Below, one piece after another: positions 8,843-18,306 of a stretch of 64,000 nucleotides of DNA. The notes below the pieces were generated by a model. That model searched no databases, was not told where the DNA came from, and saw only the letters and a program-made list of their open reading frames with translations. A program made the translations under genes and the position numbers. Origin of the DNA: an uncultured Acidimicrobiales bacterium (GTDB lineage Bacteria > Actinomycetota > Acidimicrobiia > Acidimicrobiales > UBA8190); assembly GCA_963838775.1 (NCBI GenBank), contig CAWISP010000034.1:13689-77688 (forward strand), given 5' to 3'. How positions within the stretch are numbered: the first letter of the stretch is position 1; each line of letters begins with the position of its first letter.

Positions 8843-10411
8843 TCAGCCCTCGGCCGGTGCCGCCGCGTCGGGAGCTTCGGTCTCGCTCGCCACAACCTCG
8901 GTCGGCGCGGTGGGGACCGGTGCTTCGGCGGACGGTGCGGTGGGGGCCGGTGCTTCATGCGCCGATGCCTCGGGGGTGCTGCCGTTGCCGTCTCCCGCCG
9001 GAGCGGGGGGAGGTCCACCTTCGGCACCTTCGGGTGGCGTACCGTGCTCGGCCACGTACTCGGCCCACGCCGCCTGCGCCTCGGTCTCGGGCGTGAACTC
9101 GGTGCCGCCGTAGTCGTAGCCGATGTAGTTGCCCTGCTCGTCGTAGGCGTGCTCGCCGAAGGCCTCGCGGTACTCCTCGGACACCTCGCCGCCCTCGGCC
9201 GCCTGCTTGATCGAAAGGCTGATGCGGCGACGCTGGAGGTCGATGTCGATGATCTTGACCCACAGCTCCTCGCCCGGGGTGACGACCTGCTCGGGGAGGT
9301 CCACATGGTGACCGGCCATCTCCGAGATGTGCACCAGGCCCTCGATGCCGTCGCCCACCTGGACGAAGGAACCGAAGGGCACGAGCTTGGTGATCCGCCC
9401 GTAGACGAGCTCGCCCACCTGGTGGGTGTTGGCGAATTCCTGCCACGGGTCGGTCTGGGTGGCCTTGAGGGAAAGACTGATGCGCTCTTTGTCGAGGTCG
9501 ACGTCGAGCACCTCGACTTCGACCTCGTCGCCGACCGACACCACCGACGAGGGGTGGTCCACGTGCTTCCACGACAGCTCCGACACGTGGATGAGCCCGT
9601 CCATGCCACCGAGGTCGACGAAGGCGCCGAAGTTGACCACCGAGGACACCACACCGCGGCGACGCTCGCCGGGCTTCAGGTTGACGAGGAACTCCCCGCG
9701 CTGCTCCTTCTGGGTCTCTTCGAGCCAGGCCCGGCGGGACAGGACCACGTTGTTGCGGTTGCGGTCGAGCTCGATGATCTTGGCCTCGATACTGCGACCC
9801 ACATAGGGCTGCAGTTCGCGCACCCGGCGCAGCTCCACCAGTGAGGCGGGGAGGAACCCGCGAAGCCCGATGTCGACGATGAGCCCACCCTTGACCACCT
9901 CGATGACCGGCCCCTTGACGATGCCGTCGGAGTCCTTGATCTTTTCGATGGTGCCCCAGGCGCGCTCGTACTGAGCCCGCTTCTTCGACAGGACGAGTCG
10001 GCCCTCTTTGTCTTCCTTTTGGAGCACCAAGGCTTCGATCTGGTCACCGAGGCTGACGATCTCCGACGGGTCGATGTCGTTGCGGATCGAGAGCTCGCGC
10101 GAGGGGATGACCCCTTCGGACTTGAAGCCGATGTCGAGCAGGACTTCGTCCTTGTCGATCTTGACGACCTTCCCCTCGACGATGTCACCGTCGTCGAACT
10201 CGACGATGGTGGCGTCGATGGCTTCTTCGAGTGAGGCACCACCCAGGTCGTCCTCGACGATGGCACGGGGGACGTACTTCCCCGTTTCGTCGAAGGTGCC
10301 CATGGGGGCGTCCGAGAGAAGGGCGATGGCGCCGGGAACTTCACCGGCCGCCGCGGCGGGACTGGCCGCCGGGTCAGCTACGCCGGATGAACCGGCAGCT
10401 TCGTCAGGCAT
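8843..10411 (-). CDS. rpsA: 30S ribosomal protein S1
   Basis: Four consecutive S1 (OB-fold) repeats, e.g. GDIVEGKVVKIDKDEVLLDIGFKSEGVIPSRE and GLIHVSELSWKHVDHP. Acidic/Pro-Ala-rich C-terminal tail. ATG 10411 was chosen over the upstream track start. Confidence 0.93.
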   Translation of the reverse strand: MPDEAAGSSGVADPAASPAAAAGEVPGAIALLSDAPMGTFDETGKYVPRAIVEDDLGGASLEEAIDATIVEFDDGDIVEGKVVKIDKDEVLLDIGFKSEGVIPSRELSIRNDIDPSEIVSLGDQIEALVLQKEDKEGRLVLSKKRAQYERAWGTIEKIKDSDGIVKGPVIEVVKGGLIVDIGLRGFLPASLVELRRVRELQPYVGRSIEAKIIELDRNRNNVVLSRRAWLEETQKEQRGEFLVNLKPGERRRGVVSSVVNFGAFVDLGGMDGLIHVSELSWKHVDHPSSVVSVGDEVEVEVLDVDLDKERISLSLKATQTDPWQEFANTHQVGELVYGRITKLVPFGSFVQVGDGIEGLVHISEMAGHHVDLPEQVVTPGEELWVKIIDIDLQRRRISLSIKQAAEGGEVSEEYREAFGEHAYDEQGNYIGYDYGGTEFTPETEAQAAWAEYVAEHGTPPEGAEGGPPPAPAGDGNGSTPEASAHEAPAPTAPSAEAPVPTAPTEVVASETEAPDAAAPAEG

Positions 10412-10690
10412 GAACTTCGGAACTCGCTTTCGGGATTGGGACACCCCACGCGTCGAGAGCGCGTCAGGCCGGCCGCCGGTGACGGCCAACCTCCAATGCT
10501 AGCAAAGGGCGGTAGTCGGTCACTTTTGACCACTACACCCACACGGTACCCTTCAGAAGTCGGTTCCCCGGTAGGGGGAGGCGTGAAACTGGCCTTGGGG
10601 CCTGCCGACGTAAAGCTGAAATGTACGCGGAGAGTCGAAACCGACCCACTACCCAAAGGGCCGCCTCGAGCCGCCCTGGTCGAGGGTTCT

Positions 10691-13529
10691 TCAACCCTTG
10701 GCGTCGGCCCAGGTGTCGCCCCACGCGGCCGAGACTTCCAGGGGCACGGCGAGGTGGACGGCGTCGGCCACGCCCGCCATCACGCTCGAGACGAGGTCTC
10801 CGGTGATCGCCTCCTCGTCGCTCGGCACCTCGACCAGGACCTCGTCGTGGACCTGGAGGACCACCTGCGATGCGAGCTGCTTCTCCTCGAGCGCGGCGTC
10901 GAGGCGCACCAGAGCCACCTTGAACAGATCGGCGGCGAGGCCTTGGATGCCGGCGTTCATGGCCTGGCGCTCGGCCGCCATGCGCAGGTTGCGGTTGGGA
11001 GAGTGGAGGTCGGGCAGGGGCCGTCGCCGGCCGAAGAGCGTCTCGGTGTAGCCCCGGGACCGGGCTTCGACGACGGTGCGGTCCATGTACGCCCGCACGG
11101 CCGGGAACGCCACGAAGTAGGCGTCGAGGATCTGGGCGGCTTCGGACGGCTCGATCGAGAGCCGCTGGGCCAGGCCGTAGGCCTCCATGCCGTAGGCCAG
11201 GCCGTAGGAGACCATCTTGGCCCGGCTGCGCTGAGCGGAGGTGACGTCGTCCGGCTCAACGCCGAACACACTGGCCGCCGTGGTCCGGTGGATGTCGCGC
11301 CCCTCGGCGAAGGCGGCCACGAGCCCCGGGTCGTGCGACAGGTGGGCGATGACGCGCAGCTCGATCTGGTCGTAGTCCGCCACCAGGAGGCGACACCCTT
11401 CGGCGGGGATGAACGCCTTACGCAGGCGCCTCCCCTCCTCGCTGCGCACGGGGATGTTGTGGAGGTTGGGCCGGTCCGACGACAGGCGGCCGGTGCGCGC
11501 CACGGTCTGGCCGAAGGTGGCATGGATGCGACCGTCGGGGGCGACCTCGGCGAGCAGCGTCTCGCCGTAGGTGGAGCGCAGCTTCTCCAGCTCGCGGTAG
11601 CGCAGCAACGTGTCGACGACGGGGTGCTGGCCCCGCAGCTTCTCGAGGGTCTGGGCGTCGGTGGAGAACCCCGTCTTGGTCTTGCGCCCCGGTGTCAGCC
11701 CGAGACGGTCGTAGAGCACGGCCCGCAACTGCGGGGTGGAGTTGACGTTGAAGGTCTCGCCGGCGAGCTCGTGGATCTCGGCCTCGAGCCGGGCACACTC
11801 GGCCACAAGGCCGGCGGCGATGCGGCGCAGCTCCTGAGTGTCGACGCGGATCCCCGCCACCTCCATGCGGGCCAGGACGCGCACGAGGGGCCGCTCCACT
11901 TCGTCGTGGAGTCGTTCGAGGCCGGCGCGCATGAGGGCTTCGCGCATGGGCGCGAACAACAGCCCGAGCGCCACGGCGTTGCGCGCCGCCAGGGTGGACA
12001 CTTCGAGCTCGCCGGGGCCGTCGAGTGCGAGCCGGCCGGCCGCCTCGGCTTCGACCTCGGCGTCGAGCGCCAGCCCGAGCTGTACCTCGACCACGTCCTC
12101 GAGGCGGTACCGACCCGACGACGGGTCGAGCAGGTAAGCGACCACGGCGGTGTCGAGCGCCAACGAGGTGATGTCGATGCCGATCGGCAGCAGACTCCGC
12201 ATGAGCTCTTTCGACCCGTGGGAAACCAGGGGTGCACCGCCCGGCCCCACCAGAGCGGCGAGGGCACTACGCACGTCACTGTCGGCCAGTAACACCTCGT
12301 CGAGCCACATCGGCGCCGGCACGGCGGCGTCGACCACCTCCCTCGCAGCATCGCCGTGCGGCGTTGCTGCGTCGCGGGATGCGGTGTCGCCGGCTGCGGT
12401 GTCGCCGGGATCAAGATCTGAGGGGGCGGCGGCGATCGCGATGCCCACGAGCGGACTCCGACCGGCGTCTCCCGACCACACCGGTGCCAGGGCCACGGGG
12501 TCCTTGGCTTCGGCGGCGGCGCGCAGCGCCTGGGCCGCCGCCTTGGCGTCGGCCGGCACGGCGGCGGTGACCGACCCCAGGTCGATGGCCGGCGGCGCCC
12601 GCGTCCCCGCCGCGCGGCAGGGCCTCCTCGGCATCGCCGCCGAGCAGCGGGGCCAGGCGCTGCCACGCCGAGCGCAGCTCGAGCTCACCGAAGACCCGCT
12701 TGACCTCGGCGGCGTCCCACTTGCCGAGGGCGAGGTCGTCCAGGGACAGGTCGAGCTCGACGTCGCGCACCAGGGGGATCACCTCCGCATTGCGGCGCAC
12801 CTGCTCCTCGTGCTCGGCCAGGTTCTGGCGGAGCTTCGGGGTCTGATCCTGGATGTGGCTGAAGATGGTGTCGAGGTCGCCGTAGGTGCTCACGAGCTTG
12901 GCGGCCGTTTTCTCACCCACCCCGGGCACCCCCGGCAGGTTGTCGGACGTGTCGCCGCGCAGCGCGGCCAGCGTGGGGTACGAGCGGGGCGACACGCCGT
13001 GACGCTCCATGATGCCGGCCTCGTCGTAGACGACGGTGTCGGAGATGCCCCGTCGCGTGTACATCACCTTGACGAGCGGGTCCTCCACGAGTTGGAAGGT
13101 GTCCCGGTCGCCGCTCACCACCACCACGTTGCGCCCCGCGTCGCGCGCCTGGGTGGCGAGCGTGGCGAGGATGTCGTCGGCCTCGTACCCGGGCTTCTCG
13201 ACCATCACGATGCCGAGCGACGAGAGGACCTGGCGCACCAGCGAGAACTGCGGGACGAGCAGGTCGGGCGTGTCGGGGCGGTTGCCTTTGTACTCCACGA
13301 CGATGTCGTCGCGGAAAGTCCGCTCGGGCCGGTCGAAGGCGACGGCCATGCCGGCCGGCTCGTTGTCGCGCAGGAGCATGACCAACATCGAAGTGAAGCC
13401 GTGCACGGCGTTGGTCACCTGGCCGGCCTTGGTGGCCAGGTCGATGGGGAGGGCGAAGAAGGCCCGGAAGACGAGGGAATTGCCGTCGAGGAGGTACAGG
13501 GTGCCGGTGTCGGGCTTGGAGGTTGCCAC
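10691..13529 (-). pseudogene. polA: DNA polymerase I, reading frame broken once in the inter-domain linker (about 12588-12612)
   Basis: The 5'-3' exonuclease domain (LYLLDGNSLVFRAFFALP..., GVPGVGEKTA) is in track ORF 12411-13595. The 3'-5' exo-like and polymerase domains (RTGRLSSDRPNLHNIP, LVADYDQIELRV, QVHDEVLVE) are in ORF 10691-12688, which is one base offset. Confidence 0.9.
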
Positions 13530-13617
13530 CGCCTCGGATCCTATGTGGCCCCGGCCCGATGTCACCCGGCCCCGGGGCCGGCACCCGGCGGCCACCGGAT
13601 CGAGTCAGGTGGGAGGC

Positions 13618-14214
13618 TCAGGGGATGAGGTCCCCGTCGATGATCTCCTGGGCCACCCGCTCCATCCGGACCCGCCGGTCCATGGCTGTGCGCTGGATGA
13701 AGGCGAAGGCCACTTCCTCGCTCATTTGATGGCCGTCCATCAGGACCGCCTTGGCGCGGTCCACCATCTGGCGGGTCCTGAGCTTGTCCTCGTGGGTGGG
13801 TACGTCCTCCGACAGGCGGGTGTGCTCGTCCTCGATGGCCCGGTACTCCTCGAAGCGCGCCGTGGCGACGGCGATGGCCGGGACCAGCTCGCCGCGCTGG
13901 AAGGGCTTCACCAGATAGGCCGCCACGCCCGCGTCCCGCGCCTCTTCGATCAGGTTGCGCTGGCTGAAGGCCGTCAGGATGAGGACGGCCACGCGGTGGT
14001 TCGCCGAGATGCGGCGGGCGGCCTCGATCCCGTCGATCCCCGGCATCTTGATGTCGAGGATGGCGATGTCGGGCTGGAGGGTGGCGACCAGCTCCACGGC
14101 CTCGTCGCCGCGACCGGTCTCTCCCACGACGGAGTAACCCTCGGCCTCGAGGATCTCCTTGAGATCGAGACGGATGATGGCCTCGTCTTCGGCGATGACG
14201 ACGCGTTTGCCCAT
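13618..14214 (-). CDS. pdtaR: Response regulator with ANTAR RNA-binding output domain (PdtaR-like)
   Basis: REC domain (VVIAEDEAIIRLDL...DIAILDIKMPGIDG) plus a C-terminal ANTAR helix bundle (RQMVDRAKAVLMDGHQMSEEVAFAFIQRTAMDRRVRMERVAQEI). It is adjacent to polA/rpsA, as in mycobacteria. Confidence 0.85.
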   Translation of the reverse strand: MGKRVVIAEDEAIIRLDLKEILEAEGYSVVGETGRGDEAVELVATLQPDIAILDIKMPGIDGIEAARRISANHRVAVLILTAFSQRNLIEEARDAGVAAYLVKPFQRGELVPAIAVATARFEEYRAIEDEHTRLSEDVPTHEDKLRTRQMVDRAKAVLMDGHQMSEEVAFAFIQRTAMDRRVRMERVAQEIIDGDLIP

Positions 14215-14265
14215 GCGGCGTGTCTCTCTCCTTCTGGTGTTGTGGCGCTGCGGTCCGGGGCCCGG

Positions 14266-14559
14266 CTACCTGGGCTCGACGACCAGCTTGCCGAGTAGCT
14301 CGTCCTGGCGGCGCTCCAACTCGGTGATCATGGTCAACAGTGCCGCCCGGCCCCGGTTGGCGGCGTCGGCGGAGCGTTGCGCGTCGGCGTAGTCATGTCC
14401 GGCCAGCGGCGTCTCCGACACGAGCGAACGGATGCGGGCGTCGTCCGCGGCGTCGTTGAGCACCGCCAGTTGTTCGTCGAGCACCGCCAACTCCTCGCGG
14501 ACCCGCACGAGACGTCCGTGGACATCCCGGAGGGATCGTTCGACCAGGGAGCGGCGCAT
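14266..14559 (-). CDS. Hypothetical small coiled-coil protein
   Basis: 97-aa ORF from ATG 14559 (MRRSLVERSLRDVHGRLVRVREELAVLDEQLAVLN...) with heptad-like Leu/Glu/Arg pattern and high GC3. The longer track start would overlap the tRNA. Confidence 0.5.
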   Translation of the reverse strand: MRRSLVERSLRDVHGRLVRVREELAVLDEQLAVLNDAADDARIRSLVSETPLAGHDYADAQRSADAANRGRAALLTMITELERRQDELLGKLVVEPR

Positions 14560-14650
14560 GCTGTGGGGAATTGTAGGTGACCTGGTGCCCCGTCGAGCGC
14601 GGAGGCCCCCAAACACCTGTTCGCTACCGTTGGGATCAGCCCGCCGATCG

Positions 14651-14734
14651 TGCCCGAGGCGGGATTCGAACCCGCACGTCCTTTCGAACAAAGGCTTTTG
14701 AGGCCTTCGGGTCTGCCTATTCCCCCACTCGGGC
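14651..14734 (-). tRNA. tRNA-Leu (anticodon CAA), type II with long variable arm; CCA not encoded
   Basis: The reverse complement reads GCCCGAG-TG-GGGGAATAGGCAGACCC-G-AAGGC-CTCAAAA-GCCTT-TGTTCGAAAGGACGT-GCGGG-TTCGAAT-CCCGC-CTCGGGC-A. It has a 7-bp acceptor stem, a GTTCGAATC T-loop and a CAA anticodon. Confidence 0.9.
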
Positions 14735-14999
14735 GGGTCTCAGAATGGTAGTGGCGGGAGGACAACGGACAAGACTGCGTCGCCAGGCAACGCCGCCTCG
14801 CTGTGGTCTCTCGTGCGCCCGGTCCGCCGCCGCGCTGTCGTGTCATCGCGAACCACGCCAATGGGCGATCGTCGATGAGTCGATGAACAGCTGAGCACGA
14901 GCGGTGGGCTCATGACCTACCGGTAACGTGACCCGACGCTCCGATCGTGTCACCCTGGGACGACCCCGATCGATCGGGACGCGAAGAAGAGGAGTCCCA

Positions 15000-16244
15000 G
15001 TGCTGGCGTTCACCTTCCCGGGTCAGGGATCCCAGCGACCCGGAATGGGCCGTGCCTGGCGGGAACACCCCTCCTGGGAGGTGGTCGAAGAAGCGTCGAC
15101 CGTGGCCGGTCGCGACGTCGCCCGACTGTTGTTGGAGGTCGATCAGGAGGAGCTCACCCTCAGCGCCAACGCCCAGCTCGCCACGTTCGTCCTCAGCCTC
15201 GTGGTCCTCGACGCCATCGAGCGGGTCGGCATCGAACCTCGCCTGTGCGCCGGTCACAGCTTGGGTGAGTACACCGCCCTCGCCGCCAGCGGCGCCCTCG
15301 GGTTCGAGGAGGGGGTGCGCCTCGTCGTGGAGCGGGGCGAAGCCATGCACAACGCGGCGGAAGAGCACCCCGGCACCATGGCGGCGGTGATGGGCGCGGA
15401 CGACGACGCCGTCGACGCCGCCTGCCAGCGGGCCGAGGGCGAGGTGTGGGTCGCCAATTACAACGCCCCCGGTCAGGTGGTGATCGCCGGCATCGCCGAG
15501 GCGGTGACGCGCGCCGGCGCCATCGCCAAGGAGCTCGGCGCCCGCAAGGTGCTCCCCATTCCCGTCGCCGGTGCCTTCCACACGATGCTCATGGCCCCGG
15601 CGCGCTCGTGGCTCCGGAAGTCGCTGGCGAGCACGGGCTTCACGGTGCCCGAGATCCCCGTCGTCGCCAATGTCGACGCGCGCCCCCACGTCGAGGCGGA
15701 GGAGTGGCCGGGCTTGCTCTCCGCCCAGCTGTGCAGCCCGGTGCGCTGGCGCCAGAGCCTCGAGACCCTGGCGGGCCTGGGCGCGACACGCTTCGTCGAA
15801 GTCGGGACCGGTGGCGTGCTCACCGGGCTCGCCCGGCGCACCCTGCCCGACGCGCCGGCCAGCGCCGTGGCGACCCCCGACGACCTCGACATCCTCGTCA
15901 ACGCCATCGCCGGCAGCGACACCTGGAATGCCTACGCCGCCGCCCACCAAGGGGAGCACCTCTACACCTCCGAGCGGGTCGTCATCTCCCCCTCGGCGGG
16001 TGTCTTCGAGCCCGTCGTCGGGCTGGCCGCGCCCGGGCCCGGCGGCCTCTCCCCCGCCGGCGTTTCGCCTGACGTCACCGACGGCGCCCCCGTGGCTGTG
16101 GGCGACCTCCTCGGCACGGTGGGAGCCGCCGAGGTCCGCACCCCCTTTGCCGGGATGGTGGTGGGGTTCCTGGCCCATCCCGGCGAACGCGTGGCGGCGG
16201 GCGAGCCCATCGCCTGGCTACGCGTCCAGGCCGACGGCGCGTGA
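15000..16244 (+). CDS. fabD: Malonyl-CoA:ACP transacylase fused to a C-terminal lysine-less biotinyl/lipoyl-like barrel domain
   Basis: AGGAG SD then GTG 15000. FPGQGSQ and GHSLGEY active-site motifs. About 100 extra C-terminal residues (VISPSAGVFEP...VAVGDLLGTVGAAEVRTPFAGMVVGFLAHPGERVAAGEPIAWL). Confidence 0.88.
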   Translation: MLAFTFPGQGSQRPGMGRAWREHPSWEVVEEASTVAGRDVARLLLEVDQEELTLSANAQLATFVLSLVVLDAIERVGIEPRLCAGHSLGEYTALAASGALGFEEGVRLVVERGEAMHNAAEEHPGTMAAVMGADDDAVDAACQRAEGEVWVANYNAPGQVVIAGIAEAVTRAGAIAKELGARKVLPIPVAGAFHTMLMAPARSWLRKSLASTGFTVPEIPVVANVDARPHVEAEEWPGLLSAQLCSPVRWRQSLETLAGLGATRFVEVGTGGVLTGLARRTLPDAPASAVATPDDLDILVNAIAGSDTWNAYAAAHQGEHLYTSERVVISPSAGVFEPVVGLAAPGPGGLSPAGVSPDVTDGAPVAVGDLLGTVGAAEVRTPFAGMVVGFLAHPGERVAAGEPIAWLRVQADGA

Positions 16245-17194
16245 GCCCCACCGGAGCGGTGATCACCGGGTGGGGCGCGGCTCTGCCCGACACCGTCGTC
16301 ACCAACGCAGACCTCGAGGCCCGTCTCGACACCACCGACGAATGGATCGTGACCCGCTCGGGCATCCGCGAGCGCCGCATCGGGGGCACGGTGTCGTCAC
16401 TGGCCATCGACGCCGGGCGCCGGGCCCTCGAGCGCGCCGGGCTGGCGCCGGCGCAGGTGGACCTCCTGGTCCTGGCCACGTGCACTCCTGACCTGGCCGT
16501 GCCGGCCACATCGGCGGCGGTCCACTACGCCCTCGGACTGTCCGGTGGTGCCTTCGACGTGAACGCGGCGTGCTCGGGGTTCGTCTACGCGCTGGTGGCG
16601 ACCCACGGCGTCGTGAGCACCGGCGCCTCGCGCCGGGCCCTGCTCATCGGCGCCGACTGTGTGTCGTTGCTCACCGATCCCGACGACCGGGCCACGGCCG
16701 TGCTCTTCGCCGACGGTGCGGGCGCGGTCGTGATCGAGGCGAGCGACACCGACGGCTTGCTGGCGGTCGACCTCGGGGTCGACGGCAGCGGGCACGATCT
16801 GCTCACCTGTCCCCACGGCGGCTACATGGCGATGGAGGGCAAAGAGGTCTTCCGCCGCGCCGTGCGCGTCACCGTCGAATCCGCCGTCACCGCCCTCGAA
16901 CGGGCCAAGCTCACCCCCGATGACATCGCCCTGTTCGTCCCCCACCAGGCCAACCTGCGCATCATCGAGGCGGCCGCCACGCGTCTGGGCATCCCCATGG
17001 AACGCGTCGCCGTGGTCGTCGACCGAACCGGGAACACCTCGAGCGCCTCGGTGCCCCTCGCCCTCGCCGACGCCGCCGACGCCGGACGCCTGCACGCCGG
17101 TGACCTCGTCCTCATGTCCGGATTCGGAGCCGGGATGGCATGGGCCAGCACCGTCATCCGCTGGACGGTCGACACCGCCGGGAGCCCGGCGTGA
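16241..17194 (+). CDS. fabH: 3-oxoacyl-ACP synthase III
   Basis: GTGA overlap with fabD. TDEWIVTRSGIRERR motif, active-site ACSGF, HQAN and GNTSSAS motifs. Confidence 0.92.
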   Translation: MSPTGAVITGWGAALPDTVVTNADLEARLDTTDEWIVTRSGIRERRIGGTVSSLAIDAGRRALERAGLAPAQVDLLVLATCTPDLAVPATSAAVHYALGLSGGAFDVNAACSGFVYALVATHGVVSTGASRRALLIGADCVSLLTDPDDRATAVLFADGAGAVVIEASDTDGLLAVDLGVDGSGHDLLTCPHGGYMAMEGKEVFRRAVRVTVESAVTALERAKLTPDDIALFVPHQANLRIIEAAATRLGIPMERVAVVVDRTGNTSSASVPLALADAADAGRLHAGDLVLMSGFGAGMAWASTVIRWTVDTAGSPA

Positions 17195-17955
17195 GTGAAA
17201 CCTCGGACGACACCGTGGCATCAAAGGGGCGCGTGGTGCTCGTCACGGGCGGCTCACGGGGGATCGGGCTCGGCTGCGCTCGTCATTTCCAGGGGCTCGG
17301 GGACAAGGTGGCGATCACGTATCGCACGGCACCGCCCGCCGAGCCGCAAGGGACCGGCGCCGGCAGCACGGACCTCTTCGCGGTGCGCTGTGACGTCCGC
17401 GACCCGGCTCAGGTCGAGTCGGCGTTTTCCACCGTGGAAAAAGCGCTGGGCCCCGTCGAGGTACTGGTCGCCAACGCCGGGGTGACCAAGGACACCTTGC
17501 TGCTGCGCATGAACGAAGAGGCCTGGCAGGAGGTGCTCGACACCAACCTGTCGGGCGTCTACCGGGTGGTGCGCCGGTGCATCGGCCCCATGGTGCGGGC
17601 CCACCGGGGCCGAATCGTGCTCGTGTCGTCGGTGGTCGCCTTCTTCGGGTCTCCCGGCCAGGTCAATTACGGCGCCGCCAAGGCCGGCCTCGTGGGCCTG
17701 GCTCGGTCGCTGGCCCGCGAGGTGGGCAGCCGCGGCATCACCGTCAACGTTGTGGCGCCCGGTGTGGTGGACACGGATATGATCGCCAGCCTGGGAGAAC
17801 AGCGTGTGGAGCAGCTCCTGGCGTTGGTGCCGTTGGGTCGCAGAGCAAGCCCCGCCGATGTCGCGGGGGCGGTGGCCTTCCTCGCCTCTGACGACGCCGC
17901 CTACATCACCGGAGCCGTTCTCCCGGTGGACGGAGGCCTGGCCATGGGACTGTGA
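17191..17955 (+). CDS. fabG: 3-oxoacyl-ACP reductase (SDR family)
   Basis: GTGA overlap with fabH. TGGSRGIG cofactor motif, NAG, YGAAK catalytic motif, PGVVDTDM. Confidence 0.88.
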   Translation: MSETSDDTVASKGRVVLVTGGSRGIGLGCARHFQGLGDKVAITYRTAPPAEPQGTGAGSTDLFAVRCDVRDPAQVESAFSTVEKALGPVEVLVANAGVTKDTLLLRMNEEAWQEVLDTNLSGVYRVVRRCIGPMVRAHRGRIVLVSSVVAFFGSPGQVNYGAAKAGLVGLARSLAREVGSRGITVNVVAPGVVDTDMIASLGEQRVEQLLALVPLGRRASPADVAGAVAFLASDDAAYITGAVLPVDGGLAMGL

Positions 17956-18066
17956 GATGCCATGGCCACACGGACAGGGCTCGGTCGTGACGCCGGCCAC
18001 AACCAGTAGGGGAAACAACCGACAGGACCCGGGCCACCGGGAGACGATGCGACTGAGGAGGAAGCA

Positions 18067-18306
18067 GTGCCCGACGACGCCAGCTTCGACAAGTTCAAGG
18101 CGTGCGCGATCGACGTCTTGCAGGTACCAGCGGACAAGGTCGTGCCCGAGGCCCGATTCGGCGACGACCTCGATGCCGACAGCCTCGACCTGGTCGAGCT
18201 CGTGATGGCGCTGGAAGAGGCCTTCGACGTCACCGTCGACGAGTCCGAGCTCGAGGGCATCGAGACCGTCGGCCAGGCCTACGATCTGATCTCCGCCAAG
18301 CTCTGA
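18067..18306 (+). CDS. acpP: Acyl carrier protein
   Basis: 79 aa with a strong GAGGAGGAAG SD and the phosphopantetheine site LDADSLDLVELVMALEE. Confidence 0.92.
   Translation: MPDDASFDKFKACAIDVLQVPADKVVPEARFGDDLDADSLDLVELVMALEEAFDVTVDESELEGIETVGQAYDLISAKL

Noticed and set aside
10436-12292. 618-aa ORF antisense to polA
   Set aside because: Its composition is dominated by G/R/V/H/D. It fully overlaps the conserved polymerase domain on the other strand and has no recognisable motif.
12588-12612. Programmed ribosomal frameshifting as an explanation for the polA, dppC, trpF, kinase, ppm1 and AI-2E frame breaks
   Set aside because: There is no slippery heptamer or stimulatory structure at the junctions. 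The directions are mixed, and none of these families is known to use recoding. Indel error or mutation is simpler.
14560-14999. tRNA-Leu as a possible integration hotspot for a genomic island
   Set aside because: There is no integrase, no repeated copy of the tRNA 3' end and no compositional shift on either side. The flanking genes are core (pdtaR, fabD).
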